64,000 nt of DNA from Macrostomum lignano. Lineage: Eukaryota. The notes beneath the pieces were generated by a model that was not told the origin of the DNA, did no database searches, and was given only the letters and a program-made list of their open reading frames with translations. The stretch lies in assembly GCA_002269645.1 (NCBI GenBank), contig NIVC01000445.1, positions 248,001 through 312,000 on the forward strand, written 5' to 3'. Position numbers and translations under genes: made by a program. Of the stretch, positions 1-14,392 are shown in pieces (within the stretch, counting starts at the first letter, position 1; the number at the start of each line of letters is the position of its first letter).

Positions 1-2433
1 TGACGCTTCTATGCTTATTTACATGACGCTTCTATGATTGTTTACATGACGCTTCTATGATTGTTTACATGACTCTTCTATGATTGTTTACATGAAGCTT
101 CTATGATTGTTTACATGACGCTTCTATGATTTTTTACATGACGCTTCTATGATTGTTTACATGACGCTTCTATGATTGTTTACATGACGCTTCTATGGTT
201 TTTTTATGACGCTTCTATGATTGTTTACATGACGCTTCTATGATTGTTTACATGACGCTTCTTTGATTTTTACATGACGCTTCTATGCTTGTTTACATGA
301 CGCTTCTTTGATTTTTTTACATGACGCTTCTATGATTGTTTACATGACGCTTCTATGATTGTTTACATGACGCTTCTTTGATTTTTACATGACGCTTCTA
401 TGCTTGTTTACATGACGCTTCTTTGATTTTTTTACATGACGCTTCTATGATTTTTACATGACGCTTCTATGATTGTTTACATGACGCTTCTATGATTTTT
501 TACATGACGCTTTTATGCTTTTTTTACATGACGCTTCTATGATTTTTTCATGACGCTTCTATGATTGTTTACATGACGCTTTTATGCTTTTTTTAGATGA
601 CGCTTCTATGATTTTTTCATGACGCTTCTATGATTGTTTACATGACGCTTCTATGATTGTTTACATGACGCTTCTATGATTTTTTACATGACGCTTCTAT
701 GATTTTTACATGACGCTTCTATGATTTTTACATGACGCTTCTATGATTTTTTCATGACGCTTCTATGATTTTTACATGACGCTTCTATGATTGTTTACAT
801 GACGCTTCTATGATTTTTACTTGACGCTTCTATGATTTTTACATGACGCTTCTATGATTTTTACATGACGCTTTTATGATTTTTTACATGACGCTTCTAC
901 GATTTTGGCAGGACGATTCTATGATTTTACATGACGCTTCTATGATTTTTTACATGACGCTTCTATGATTGTTTCATGACGCTTCTATGATTTTTACATG
1001 ATGCTTCTACGATTTCTGCAGGACGCTTCTATGATTTTTACATGACGCTTCCATGATTTTTTACATGACACTTCTATGATTTTTTGCATGACGCTTCCAT
1101 GATTTTTTCATGACGCTTCTGTGATTGTTTATATGACGCTTCTATGCTTTTTATATGACGCTTCTATGATTGTTTACATGACGCTTCTATGCTTTTTATA
1201 TGACGATTCTATGATTTTTACATGACGCTTCTATGATTTTTACATGACGTTTCTATGATTTTTTCATGACGCTCCTATGTTTTTTTCATGACGCTTCTAT
1301 GATTTTTTCATGACGCTTCTATGATTTTTACATGACGCTACTATGATTTTTACATGACGCTTCCATGATTTTTTACATGACGCTTCTATGCTTTTTACAT
1401 GACGCTTCTATGATTATTTCATGACGCTTCTACGATATCTGCAGGACGCTTCTATGATTGTTTACATGACGCTTCTATGATTTTTACATGACGCTACTAT
1501 GATTTTTACATGACGCTTCCATGATTTTTTACATGACGCTTCTATGCTTTTTACATGACGCTTCTATGATTATTTCATGACGCTTCTACGATATCTGCAG
1601 GACGCTTCTATGATTGTTTACATGACGCTTCTATGATTTTTACATGACGCTTCTATGATTTTTTCATGACGCTCCTATGTTTTTTTCATGACGCTTCTAT
1701 GATTTTTTCATGACGCTTCTATGATTTTTTACATGACGCTTCTATGATTTTTTACATGACGCTTCCATGATTTTTTACATGACACTTCTATGATTTTTTC
1801 ATGACGCTTCTATGATTTTTACATGACGCTTCCATGATTTTTTACATGACACTTCTATGATTTTTTGCATGACGCTTCCCTGATTGTTTACATGACGCTT
1901 CTTTGATTTTTTACATGACGCTTCTATGATTGTTTACATGACGCTTCTATGATTTTTTACATGACGCTTCTATGATTGTTTACATGACGCTTCTATGATT
2001 TTTTACATGACGCTTCTATGATTGTTTACATGACGCTTCTATGATTTTTTACATGACGCTTCTATGATTGTTTACATGACGCTTCTATGATTTTTTACAT
2101 GACGCTTCTATGATATTTTCATGACGCTTCTATGATTTTTTACATGACGCTTCTATGATACTTTCATGACGCTTCCACGATTTTTTACATGACGCTTCTA
2201 TGATTTTTACATGATGCTTCTACGATTTCTGCAGGACGCTTCTATGATTTTTTACATGACGCTTCTATGATTTTTTACATGACGCTTCTATGATTTTTAC
2301 ATGATGCTTCTACGATTTCTGCAGGACGCTTCTATGATTTTTTCATGACGCTCCTATGATTTTTTCATGACGCTTCCATGATTTTTTACATGACGCTTCT
2401 ATGATTTTTTACATGACGCTTCTATGATTTTTT
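1..2433. repeat. Satellite A, 22-23-bp unit (ATGACGCTTCTATGATTGTTTAC), roughly 105-110 copies in window
   Basis: Direct tandem periodicity; length variation is in the T-run. Confidence 0.97.
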
Positions 2434-3028
2434 AGTTTTCTTCTTGGTGTTAAAAAGCTTTAATTAAAAAAATTCCACTCTCTCAAAATTAGAACCATCG
2501 TCCCTGCATTTAGCAGTCAGTCTGTTTACCTCTAGGCTAGCTCTCATCGTTTTGATAACATGAATTTTAGCACTTATAATTATAAGTTTCAAAACTCCAA
2601 GCATGGAGTAAATCACACGAGGCAGTTATGACATAATCAATTTCTCAGTCAGTCAGTATCAGTTAACAATATGGTTACGCAATTTAAATCAAGTCTGGTG
2701 CTACGCTTCCACACTGCATTTTCAATTCAAGTCAGAGTTACAATTCAGTTATGATGCAATCTATTTCAGAATCAGAATTCAACCAGTCAGTTTTTTCTCT
2801 AGCATTCTTACAATGCATTTCAAGTCGAAAAGTTTGCTTGACCTTTGCAAAAAAGCATGTTTTTCGAATATTTAATCGCTTTAACATGGAGCAATTTCTT
2901 AGCCAAGATGCATGTACCGTCACGGGAAAATTTCTGATCAAACAGTGCAAGTCTCATGAAAATCGGTTAAGCCATTTTTTCTCTAATCGATTACAAGCAA
3001 GCAAGATTTTCATTTTTAGTATAAAGGA
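1..3028 (-). mobile_element. Non-autonomous Helitron-like unit E1 (3' end lies beyond window start)
   Basis: Minus-strand 5' terminus TCCTTTATACTAAAAATGAAAATC at 3028; ~480-bp body homologous to 28740-29220; degenerate tRNA-like module ~2480-2540; satellite A array. Confidence 0.7.
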
Positions 3029-3165
3029 CTAGCAATCTTCGCCCCCCGTTGGGGGACATCTGGATAGAATCTCTGTTCTCTACAAGTAACAAAAAGACAG
3101 CCAAATAAAGCCTTCACAAAGACGACAGACAAACTGCTCTAATAAAGTGTAATGCAAAAAGAAAT

Positions 3166-3243
3166 CATCCCAAGACAGCAAGCATCCCCCAGATTGCAAG
3201 CATCCCCCAGATAGCAAGCATCCCGAAAAAGTAAGCATCCACC
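3166..3243. repeat. Satellite C seed, about 4 copies of the 18-bp unit GATAGCAAGCATCCCCCA
   Basis: Same position and sequence as the expanded array at 29356-30886. Confidence 0.85.
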
Positions 3244-3339
3244 ATAAAATAAGTAGCTAGTGCTACAATTTCCTTAGCTCTATAGTGGCTCCTTTAAAAT
3301 TGGCATGACGCTTAATTTTACGTTTGAAATTGTGTAAAT

Positions 3340-6300
3340 TTTATGTTTGACTTGGTGGCTCTTTAATGTTTGACATGGAGGCTCTTTTATGTTCTACATG
3401 GTGGCTCTCTTATGTTTGATTCGGGGTTTTCCTAATGTCTGACATGGTGTCTCTTTATTGTTTGACATAGTGGCTCTTTTATGTTTGACATGGTGGCTCT
3501 TTTATGTTTGACATGGTGGCTCTTTTATGTTTGACATGGTGGCTCTTTAATGTTCGACATGGTGGCTCTTTAATGTTTGACATTATGGCTCTTTAATGTT
3601 TGACATGGTGTCTCTTTAATGTTTGACATGTTGTCTCTTTAATGTTTGACATGGAGTCATGTATATGTTTGCCATGGTGGCTCTTTAATGTTAGACATGG
3701 TGTCTCTTCAATGTTTGACATGGAGTCATGTATATGTTTGACATGGTGGCTCTTTAATGTTTGACATGGTGGCTCTTTAATGTTTGACATGGTGGCTCTT
3801 TAATGTTTGACATAGTGGCTTTTTAATTTTCGAAATGGTGGTTGTTTTATGTTCTACATGGTGGCTCTTTAATGTTCAACATGGTGGCTCTTTAATGTTC
3901 TTAACGGTGTCTGTTTAATGTTTGACATGGTGGCTCTCTAATGTTCGACATGGTGGCTCTTTAATGTTTGACATGGTGGCTCTTTAATTTTCGAAATGTT
4001 GGCTGTTTTATGTTTGACATGGTGGCTCTTTAATGTTAGACATGGTGGCTCTTTAATGTTTGACATGGTGGCTCTTTAATGTTCGACATGGTGGCTCTTT
4101 AATGTTAGACATGGTGTCTCTTTAATGTTTGACATGGAGTCATGTATATGTTTGACATGGTGGCTCTTGTATTTTTAACATGTTAGCTCTTTAATGTTCG
4201 ACATGGTGGCTCTTTAATGTCCAACATGGAGTCACGTATATGTTTGACATGGAGTAATGTATATGTCTGATATGGTAGCTCTTTAATGTTTTACATGGAG
4301 TCACCTATATGTTTCACATGGTGGCTATTTTATGTTTGACATGGTGGTTCTTAAATGTTCGACATGGTGGCTCTTTAATGTTTTACATGGTGGCACTTTC
4401 ATGTTTGACCTGGTGGCTCTTTAATGTTTGACATGGTGGCTCTTTAATATTTGACATGGTGGCACTTTCCTGTTTGACCTGGTGGCTCTTTTATGTTCGA
4501 CATGGTGGCTCTTTAATGTTTGATAAGGTGGCTATTTAATGTTCGACATGGTGGCTCTTTAATTTTCGAAATGGTGGCTGTTTTATGTTTGACATAGTGG
4601 CTCTTTAATGTTCGACATGGTGGCTCTTTAATGTTTTTAATGGTGTCTGTTTTATGTTTGACATGGTGGCTCTTTAATGTTGGACATGGTGGCTCTTTAA
4701 TGTTTGACATAGTGGCTCTTTAATTTTCGAAATGGTGGCTGTTTTATGTTCTACATGGTGGCTCTTTAATGTTCGACATGGTGGCTCTTTAATGTTCTTA
4801 ATGGTGTCTGTTTTATGTTTGACATGGTGGCTCTCTAATGTTCGACATGGTGGCTCTTTAATGTTTGACATGGTGGCCCTTTAATGTTTGACATAATGGC
4901 TCTTTTATGTTAGACATGGTGGCTCTTTAATGTTCGACATGGTGGCTCTTCAATGTTTGACATGGAGTCATGTATATGTTTGACCTGGTGACTCTTTAAT
5001 ATTTGACATGGTGGCTCTTTAATGTTTGACATGGGGTCTCTTCAATGTTTGACATGGTGGCTCTTTTATCTTTGACATGGTGGCTCTTTAATGTTCGACA
5101 TGGTGGCTCTTTAATTTTTGACATGGTGGCTCTTTAATTTTCAAAATGGTGGCACTGTTTTATGTCTGACATGGTTGCTCTTTAATGTTCGACATAGTGG
5201 CTGTTTTATGTTTGACATGGTGGCTCTTTAATGTTCGAAATAGTGGCTGTTTTATGTTTGACACGGTGGCTCTTTAATGTTCGACATGGTGGCTCTTTAA
5301 TGTTTTACATGGTGGCTCTATAATATTTGACATGGTGGCTCTTTTATGTTTGACATGGTGGCTCTTTTATCTTTGACATGGTGGCTCTTTCATGTTCGAC
5401 ATGGTGGCTCTTTAATGTTTGACATGGCGGCTCTTTAATTTTCGAAATGGTGGCTCTGTTTTATGTTTGACATGGTGGCTCTTTAATGTTCGACATAGTG
5501 GCTGTTTTATGTTTGACATGGTGGCTCTTTAATGTTCGACATGGTGGTTCTTTAATGTTTTTAACGGTGTCTGTTTTATGTTTGACATAGTGGCTCTTTA
5601 ATTTTCGAAATGTTGGCTGCTTCATGTTTGACATGGTGGCTCTTTAATGTTCGACATGGTGGCTCTTTAATGTTCTTAATGGTGTCTGTTTTATGTTTGA
5701 CATGGTGGCTCTCTAATGTTCGACATGGTGGCTCTCTAATGTTCGACATGGTGGCTCTTTAATGTTTGACATGGTAGTTCTTTTATGTTTGATATGGTGG
5801 CTCTTTAATGTTTGACATGGTGGCTCTTTTAGGTTTGAAATGGTGGCTCTTTAATGTTTGACATTGTGGCTTTTTAATGTTCGATATGGTGGCTCTGTTT
5901 TATGTTTGACATGGTGGCTCTTTAATGTTCGACATGGTGGCTCTTTAATGTTTTACATGGTGGCTCTTTTATGTTCGACATGGTGGCTCTTTAATGTTTG
6001 ATAAGGTGGCTATTTAATGTTCGACATGGTGGCTCTTTAATTTTCGAAATGGGTGCTGTTTTATGTTTGACATAGTGGCTCTTTAATGTTCGACATGGTG
6101 GCTCTTTAATGTTTTTAATGGTGTCTGTTTTATGTTTCACATGGTGGCTCTTTAATGTTTGACATGGTGGCTCTTTAATGTTTGACATAGTGGCTCTTTA
6201 ATTTTCGAAATGGTGGCTGTTTTATGTTCTACATGGTGGCTCTTTATTGTTCGACATGGTGGCTCTTTAATGTTCTTAATGGTGTCTGTTTTATGTTTGA

Positions 6301-8660
6301 CATGGTGGCTCTCTAATGTTCGACATGGTGGCTCTTTAATGTTTGACATGGTGGCCCTTTAATGTTTGACATGGTGGCTCTTTAATGTTCGACATGGTGG
6401 CTCTTCAATGTTTGACATGGAGTCATGTATATGTTTGACCTGGTGACTCTTTAATATTTGACATGGTGGCTCTTTAATGTTTGACATGGGGTCTCTTCAA
6501 TGTTTGACATGGTGGCTCTTTTATCTTTGACATGGTGGCTCTTTAATGTTCGACATGGTGGCTCTTTAATTTTTGACATGGTGGCTCTTTAATTTTCGAA
6601 ATGGTGGCACTGTTTTATGTCTGACATGGTTGCTCTTTAATGTTCGACATAGTGGCTGTTTTATGTTTGACATGGTGGCTCTATAATATTTGACGTGGTG
6701 GCTCTTTTATGTTTGACATGGTGGCTCTTTTATCTTTGACATGGTGGCTCTTTCATGTTCGACATGGTGGCTCTTTAATGTTTGACATGGCGGCTCTTTA
6801 ATTTTCGAAATGGTGGCTCTGTTTTATGTTTGACATGGTGGCTCTTTAATGTTCGACATAGTGGCTGTTTTATGTTTGACATGGTGGCTCTTTAATGTTC
6901 GACATGGTTCTTTAATGTTTTTAACGGTGTCTGTTTTATGTTTGACATAGTGGCTCTTTAATTTTCGAAATGTTGGCTGCTTCATGTTTGACATGGTGGC
7001 TCTTTAATGTTCGACATGGTGGCTCTTTAATGTTCTTAATGGTGTCTGTTTTATGTTTGACATGGTGGCTCTCTAATGTTCGACATGGTGGCTCTTTTAT
7101 CTTTGACATGGTGGCTCTTTAATGTTTGACATGGTAGTTCTTTTATGTTTGATATGGTGGCTCTTTAATGTTTGACATGGTGGCTCTTTTAGGTTTGAAA
7201 TGGTGGCTCTTTAATGTTTGACATTGTGGCTTTTTAATGTTCGATATGGTGGCTCTGTTTTATGTTTGACATGGTGGCTCTTTAATGTTCGACATAGTGG
7301 CTGTTTTATGTTTGACATGGTGGCTCTTTAATGTTCGACATGGTGGTTCTTTAATGTTTTTAACGGTGTCTGTTTTATGTTTGACATGGTGGCTCTTTAA
7401 TGTTCGACATGGTGGCTCTTTAATGTTTGACATAGTGGCTCTTTAATTTTCGAAATGTTGGCTGCTTCATGTTTGACATGGTGGCTCTTTAATGTTCGAC
7501 ATGGTGGCTCTTTAATGTTCTTAATGGTGTCTGTTTTATGTTTGACATGGTGGCTCTCTAATGTTCGACATGGTGGCTCTCTAATGTTCGACATGGTGGC
7601 TCTCTAATGTTCGACATGGTGGCTCTTTAATGTTTGACATGGTAGTTCTTTTATGTTTGATATGGTGGCTCTTTTATGTTCGACATGGTGGCTCTTTAAT
7701 GTTTGACATGGTGGCTCTTTTAGGTTTGAAATGGTGGCTCTTTAATGTTTGACATTGTGGCTTTTTAATGTTCGAAATAGTGTCTGTTTTATGTTTGACA
7801 TGGTGGCTCTTTAATGTTCGAAATAGTGTCTGTTTTATGTTCGACATGGTGGCTCTTTAATGTTTGACATGGTGGCTCTTTTAGGTTTGAAATGGTGGCT
7901 CTTTAATGTTTGACATTGTGGCTCTTTAATGTTCGAAATAGTGTCTGTTTTATGTTTGACACGGTGGCTCTTTAATGTTTTACATGGTGGCTCTTTAATA
8001 TTTGACATGATGGCTCTTTTATGTTTGACATGGTGGCTCTTTTATCTTTGACATGGTGGCTCTTTAATGTTCGACATGGTGGCTCTTTAATGTTTGGCAT
8101 GGTGGCTCTTTAATTTTCGACATAGTGGCTGTTTTATGTTTGACATGGTGGCTCTTTAATGTTCGACATGGTGGCTCTTTAATGTTTTTAACGGTGTCTG
8201 TTTTATGTTTGACATGGTGGCTCTTTAATGTTCGACATGGTGGCTCTTTAATGTTTGACATAGTGGCTCTTTAATTTTCGAAATGTTGGCTGTTTTATGT
8301 TTGACATGGTGGCTCTTTTATGTTTGACATTGTGGCTCTTTAATGTTTGACATGGTGGCTTTTTAATGTTCGACATGGTGGCTCTTTTAGGTTTGAAATG
8401 TTGGCTCTTTAATGTTGGACATGGTGGCTCTTTAATGTTCAAAATGGTGGCTCTTTAATGTTCGAAATGGTGGCTCTTTAATGTTCGAAATGGTGGCTCT
8501 TTAATGTTCGAAATGGTGGCTCTTTTATGTTTGACATGGTGGCTCTTAAATGTTTGACATGGTGGCTCTTTAATGTTCGACATGGTAGCTCTTTTATGTT
8601 TGACATGGTAACTCTTTTATGTTCGATATGTTGGCTCTTCTATGTTTGACATTGCGCTTC
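3340..8660. repeat. Satellite B, 23-bp unit (ATGTTTGACATGGTGGCTCTTTA), about 230 copies
   Basis: Tandem periodicity; internal 1478-bp higher-order duplication (identical-type ORF calls at 4513/5991 and 4674/6152). Confidence 0.97.
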
Positions 8661-8721
8661 TTTGATGTTTAGCAGTTTTGTTGTGTTTTTAAGGTGTTTT
8701 AATAAAAAAAATCTTTTTGCA

Positions 8722-8781
8722 CTACTAAGATTCGAACCCAGGTCGCTACATTAGCATTCCAGTCTGTTCGCATCAGGGCTA
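8722..8781 (-). other. tRNA-derived Pol III promoter-like module (A box, GCT loop, B box) inside E2
   Basis: Minus strand TAGCCCTGATGCG...CTGGAATGCTAATGTAGCGACCTGGGTTCGAATCTTAG followed by a T-run; no acceptor stem. Confidence 0.65.
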
Positions 8782-9779
8782 TCTCTTTTCAATTGGAGAA
8801 CATGAATTGTGGCCCTTATAATTCAATTCTTACAGCAAGTCAATTGGAGTAAAAAGTTATGACATAATCAATTTCTCAGTCAGCCAGTATCAGTCTCAAT
8901 TCAAGTTAGCAATATGGTTACGCAATTACAATCAAGTCTTGTGTGCATTTCTTCGGCACTGTTTTGAACTTGTTGTGATGCAATCATTACCACAATCAGA
9001 ATTCAGCCAGTCAGTTTTTTCTCTAGCATTCTTAAAATGCATTTCAAGTCGAAAATTTTGCTTGACCTTTGCAAAAAAGCATGTTTTTCGAATATTTAAT
9101 CCCTTTAATATTGAGCAATTTCTTAGCCAAGATGCATGTACCGTCCCAGGAAAATTTCTGATCGAATGGTGCAAGTTTGAAGAAAATCGGTTGAGCCAAT
9201 TTTTCTGAAATCTATCGCATACCCACAGACAACTCATTTTTAGTATATAGGACTAGCCATTTAGCCCCCCTCTGGGGAGCCTTGAAAATGACACCAATTG
9301 GTTTTTATTTTGGCACAAGAGTAACCTTACTATAATCATCCAAAATTTTGATTTCCAATAATCAAAAATTACCTTTTCTCATTTTGGCAGAAATAAATTG
9401 TCATCAATCCGAATTTTATTAGCCAAAAAAGTTTCGTTCATCAGCTCAAAACCCTTTCTAAATCAGCAAATAGTGCTTATCCTTTCAAGCACAAACTCTT
9501 GATGCATATCGTCACTGGCCGGGGCATATTCTGATCCGCAGCAGGAGCTCAATATGCAAATCCCTGACGCCCTTAGACCCTCTCTCTATATTAGCCTAAA
9601 TCAAAGGATCAAACCAGCGCAAAGGATTAAATGCGCTGGTATTTCCTATTAGCAGAAATCAGCATCACTTGTGTGTACTTTTTCAGTATCTGAATTACAT
9701 GAGCTACTTGAGCCGTACTACCCGACTATCTGACAATCGCCCAACAACCTAACACCCCCCCCAAAAAAAATTCAGCCAT

Positions 9780-12180
9780 CATCCATGAGCCTTGACATCT
9801 CAGCAACTTCCACAGTAAATCTTGAGATCTCAGAAATTATCCCAGTAAGCCTTGAGATCTCAGCAATTCCCCCAGTAAGCCTTGACATCTCAGCAATTCC
9901 CTCAGTAAGCCTTGACATCTCAGCAATTCCCCAGTAAGCCTTAAAATCTTAGAAATTATCCCAGTAAGTTTTAAGATCTCAGCAATTCCCCAGTAAGCCT
10001 TGACATCTCAGCAATACCCCCAGTAAGCCTTGACATCTCAGCAATTCCCTAAGTAAGCCTTGAGATCTCAGCAATTCCCCCAGTAAGCCTTGACATCTCA
10101 GCAATACCCCCAGTAAGCCTTGATGTCTGAGGAATTCCCCCAGTAAGCCTTGACATCTCAGCAATTCCCCAGTAAGCCTTGAGATCTCAGCAATTCCCAG
10201 TAAGCCTTGACATCTCAGAATTCCCCCAGTAAGCCTTGAGATCTCAGAAATTATCCCAGTAAGTTTGGAGATCTCAGCAATTCCCCCAGTAAGCCTTGAC
10301 ATCTCAGCAATTCCCCCAGTAAGCTTGAGATCTCAGCAATTCCCCCAGTAAGCCTTGACATCTCAGCAATTCCCCCAGTAAGCTTGAGATCTCAGCAATT
10401 CCCCCAGTAAGCCTTGACATCTCAGCAATTCCCCCAGTAAGCCTTGACATCTCAGCAATTCCCCCAGTAAGCCTTGACATCTCAGCAATTCCCCCAGTAA
10501 GCCTTGACATCTCAGCAATTCCCCCAGTAAGCCTTGACATCTCAGCAATTCCCCCAGTAAGCCTTGACATCTCAGCAATTCCCCCAGTAAGCCTTGACGT
10601 CTCAGTAGGCCTTGACATCTCAGCAATTCTTAGTAGGACTTGACATCTCAGCAGTTTCCCCATTAAGCCTCGACATTGTAGCAATTCTCCCAGCGCAGTA
10701 ATTATAGCCTTGACATCCCAACAACCCAACTCCCCTCTCCCAAGAATTCAGCAATCCCCTTATAAGCCTTGATAACTCAGCTATACCCCCATGAGCTTTG
10801 ATATCTTAGCAAGTCTTTAATTGATTGTTGACAGCGGTTAATCTATGATTGAACCAAAACTGACCCTAAGCCCCCAAACCTACCCATAAGTGAGTCTTGG
10901 CATGTTAGCAATTTCCACTATGAGTCTTGAGCCTCAGCATTAAAGTAACTTCCTCATAAGGTTTGTAATCTGAATTTCACCGAAAGCCTTGACCTGTCAG
11001 CAATTCCCTAAGAGCCAAAGCATATAACTAATTCGCCCCTTTAATCTTTGAAATTCCTTGATGAATCATTTATGATTGACACGACGATCGCTCTATAATT
11101 AAACTCAAATCCTAACCCTTAACCTGCAGCCGAGTCACAGCATTTCAGCAACTCCCCCTCTCAGCCCAAGAATTTCAGCAATTCCCCAATGAGCTTTTGA
11201 AATCTTAGCAATTTTCCCATGAGCATGAAACTTTAGCGACTAACCTTTTGATATCTTGGCACTTTCACATGAGTCTTATGGTTGAAAACTAACCCTGCCA
11301 AGTCACAGCATTTCAGCAATTCCCACCGTAAACCACAGCATTTCAACAAATACCCAATGAACCTTGACATTTCGTGAATTTCAGCTATTCGCTTTAGGAG
11401 CCTTTGAAATCTCAGTCATTCCCCCGTGAACCTTAGCATCTCAGCAATACCCAAGAGTCACAGCCTACAGCATTACAGGGATCCCCCGTGAGCTTTGAAA
11501 TCTCAGCTATTCCCCAATGAGCCTTGATATCTCAGCAACTCCTATTTGAGCCACAAAATTTCGGCATTATGAGCAGGTACTGCAATCACAACAATCCCCC
11601 TGAGCATTGAGCCACATTATAATTCGGATACCCCCCACGAGCCTTTACAACTTAGCAATTCCCCAATGAGTATTTAATGTTAGACAGGCCTATTCATTTA
11701 TATGGTTTACGTCTTACTCTTACCCTAACAATGTCGGCAATTCCCTCAAGAGCCACAGCATTCCAGAAATTATTTCCATGAGCCTTGACAGCAAATAATT
11801 TTAATGAGCCTTGATACCTCAGAAATTTCTCAAATGGAATTTGAAATCAAAGCAATTCTGCCCAGAATCACATCAGTATAGGAATTTCCCTCTGAGACTT
11901 GACAAGACATCTCAGAATTTCTCTCATGGGCCTTGATCTGGCCCATGGCCCAGTAAGCCTTGAAATCTCAATAATTCCCCAGTAAGCCTTGACATCTCAG
12001 AAATTCCCTCATTAAGATCGACATCGCAGCAATTGAACTTAAGCTTTGAAATCAAAGCGATTCTCCCCAGAATCACATCATTATAGCAATTACCGCTGAG
12101 CCTTGAGATCTTAGAAATTCTCCCATGAGTCTTGATATCACAGAAATTTTCCATACCAGCCTTGACATCTTAGCAATTCA
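9780..12180. repeat. Satellite D, 30-bp unit (GCCTTGACATCTCAGCAATTCCCCCAGTAA); homogeneous core ~9835-10625, degenerate flanks
   Basis: Tandem periodicity; 10-aa periodic ORFs (MSRLTGGIAE) are its translation. Confidence 0.9.
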
Positions 12181-12300
12181 CATTGAGTATTTTATTCTCG
12201 ACAGACCGCTTCTTTTATGGTTGACATGATGATTCTTTTGTCGCTTTTTCTTGTGTTGAGTTTTCTTCTGTTTAAAGTAGCATTTTTTAAAAACTTACAG

Positions 12301-12380
12301 TGGTTTACCATCACTTTAGCAATGGTTTACCATCACTTTAGCGATGGTTCACCAGCAATTTAGCAATGGTTCACCGGCAC
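12301..12380. repeat. Short 22-bp tandem repeat (TGGTTTACCATCACTTTAGCAA), about 4 copies
   Basis: Direct inspection. Confidence 0.75.
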
Positions 12381-13709
12381 TGTTCCGCAAAATCTGGGAG
12401 CAGATGGCTACTGATCTCCATATGCTTCTCAATAATCGAAGCCATTTGAAATGTTTGCAACTTGCAGTTTAAATTTGATTTGCAATTCTCTTGCATATTT
12501 ATTAATTCATTGTACGTCAGATTAGCACTGCTCACCCAGATTAGACCCTTTGCAAATTAGCACTTACAGCAGATTAGCACTGCTCTAGAAGACTAACGCA
12601 GCCCCAGCAAAAGTATCTTTAAATTTAAGTGTTTAACATCTCCATGAATCTGCATAGGATGCAATCATTATTGTCACAGGTCACAAAGATAAATTCGCTG
12701 CTTCAATGCAGGCTCGAACTGCTGACATCAAAGCATTCTGTTTGCTTCTGCTTGATACTGCCTGCCTACTGCGGCTATTGTGCCTTTTGACATGTGGTCG
12801 AAATAATCTAGTTTAGCAACTTCAGCCGTTTGAAGTTAACCCCCGGAAATCGGCATTTATCCCCACAACAACCTGAAATTATCCCTTCATCTAATCCCGC
12901 AAAAAGACTGCAGTTATTTCTTAGCAGCCGGCATATATCATCCACTTTGCATTTTAAAACGTTTTATTAAAATTAAGAATGCATACCCTCAGCGGCATAG
13001 AATTGTCCCCTTAGCCAAAAATATTTCACTTAGCAGCCGCAGAAATCCCCTAAACAACTTGTACTTAATCTTCCACAGTAAATATCCACTCAAAACTCAA
13101 TAGTTAGTTATAAGCCTCAGAAGTCTGCCATTATCCTCTAATTAGTCCGCAGTTTTCCCTCTCAGCAGTCTGCAGCTATACGCTCACACGTCTGGAGGAA
13201 CTACCTCAGCAGTTTGCAGTTGTTTCCCCTTTGCAATCTGCAATGATCCCTTCGAAAGTCTGCAGTTCCCCTCAGCAGTCTGCAGTCATTTCATTTTCAG
13301 TCTACAACTGTACCATTAACGATTTTCATTCATTCTCTCAGCAGCCTGCAGTTCTCCTCTCGGCCGGCTCCTCAGTCTCCTCTGCAAACTGCAATTTGCT
13401 CAGAATTGTACGGCTCACTAATCAATTTTCGATACATATCGGCAGTCTTGAAAAGCTCAGCATTTAGCAGCATTGTCTGCAGTTTAGTAATTTCGTACTT
13501 TTATGGAGCTAGACAATACCCATTGATGGGATCAGTTATACTCGAAGCAGTTTTTACAAATCAAATTTGATTAGTGGCTTGTGCCGAGTAGCAAAAAATG
13601 AATTGCTAATTAATAAAAAAATGTTTCAATTGAAATTAAATAAAAAATGTTTCAATTAGTCCAGGCACAAGCTATAAATTATTGAATTATTTGAATTTTT
13701 ATTATCCGC

Positions 13710-13788
13710 CGGGGAGGCAGACTCGAACCTTGGACCTTAAGTCTAGCCTAAACCTAGTCCTAAGTGCCTACACTGCGGCTACTCCGCC
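13710..13788 (-). other. Diverged tRNA-derived A/B-box module in E3
   Basis: Minus strand TAGCCGCAGTG (A box) ... GGTTCGAGTC (B box), in the same position relative to the element body as in the other units. Confidence 0.5.
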
Positions 13789-14392
13789 TATTGATGGGAG
13801 GACAACAAAATCAGCCATATATGCTTCAGAACTGCAGTTAAAATACATAGCAGTGATAGGCTGCTCAGTGTGTAGGCGTGCAGGCGGAGCCAATGCACAG
13901 TTGATTGAGTGAAATCTATAAATAGCAATTTTCTATGGAGTCCGCCAGTCAGAGCCAGGGTCAGAATGTACACACGCAGCCACTGAGCATTTTTTCTCCT
14001 TGCACACTGCAACCAGTATTGAAGCATACACAGTGGAGAGAGAAAAGTTATGGCGCAATCATAATTGGAATTGGAATTCAGCCAGTCCAATCAAGAATTC
14101 AAAGTTTGCCCTACCATTAAAAGCATTGGGAAAACTCGTTTTTCGAATATTTAATACCTTTAGCATTAAAGCCAATTAAAGAAATTTTAACTGTCTTCTT
14201 TCCAGATAATTACAAATCTTTTCGTGAAAACGCGATTAAAATTGGTCAATCGGTTCGATCTCTAGAGCGTTACACGAATACTAACACAAATTCTCTTCGA
14301 GTGAAAGTCACACGAAGCAGCTATGACATAATCAAATACTCAGGCAGTCAGCATCAGTCTCATTTAAAGTTAGCAATATGGTTACGCAATTT

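Larger units (their letters stand above)
3029..9252 (-). mobile_element. Non-autonomous Helitron-like unit E2 (6224 bp)
   Basis: 3' end: hairpin CCCCC-AAC-GGGGG(G)C then GAAGATTG-CTAG (CTAG 3029-3032). 5' end TCCTATATACTAAAAATG at 9252. No Rep/helicase ORF. Confidence 0.75.

Noticed and set aside
1-8660. CRISPR-like arrays suggested by 23-40-bp repeats here and elsewhere
   Set aside because: Monomers are directly adjacent with no unique spacers, there are no cas genes, and the context is eukaryotic.
9554-9561. Octamer ATGCAAAT as an snRNA-type promoter
   Set aside because: A single 8-mer with no PSE or snRNA body nearby; expected by chance in 64 kb.
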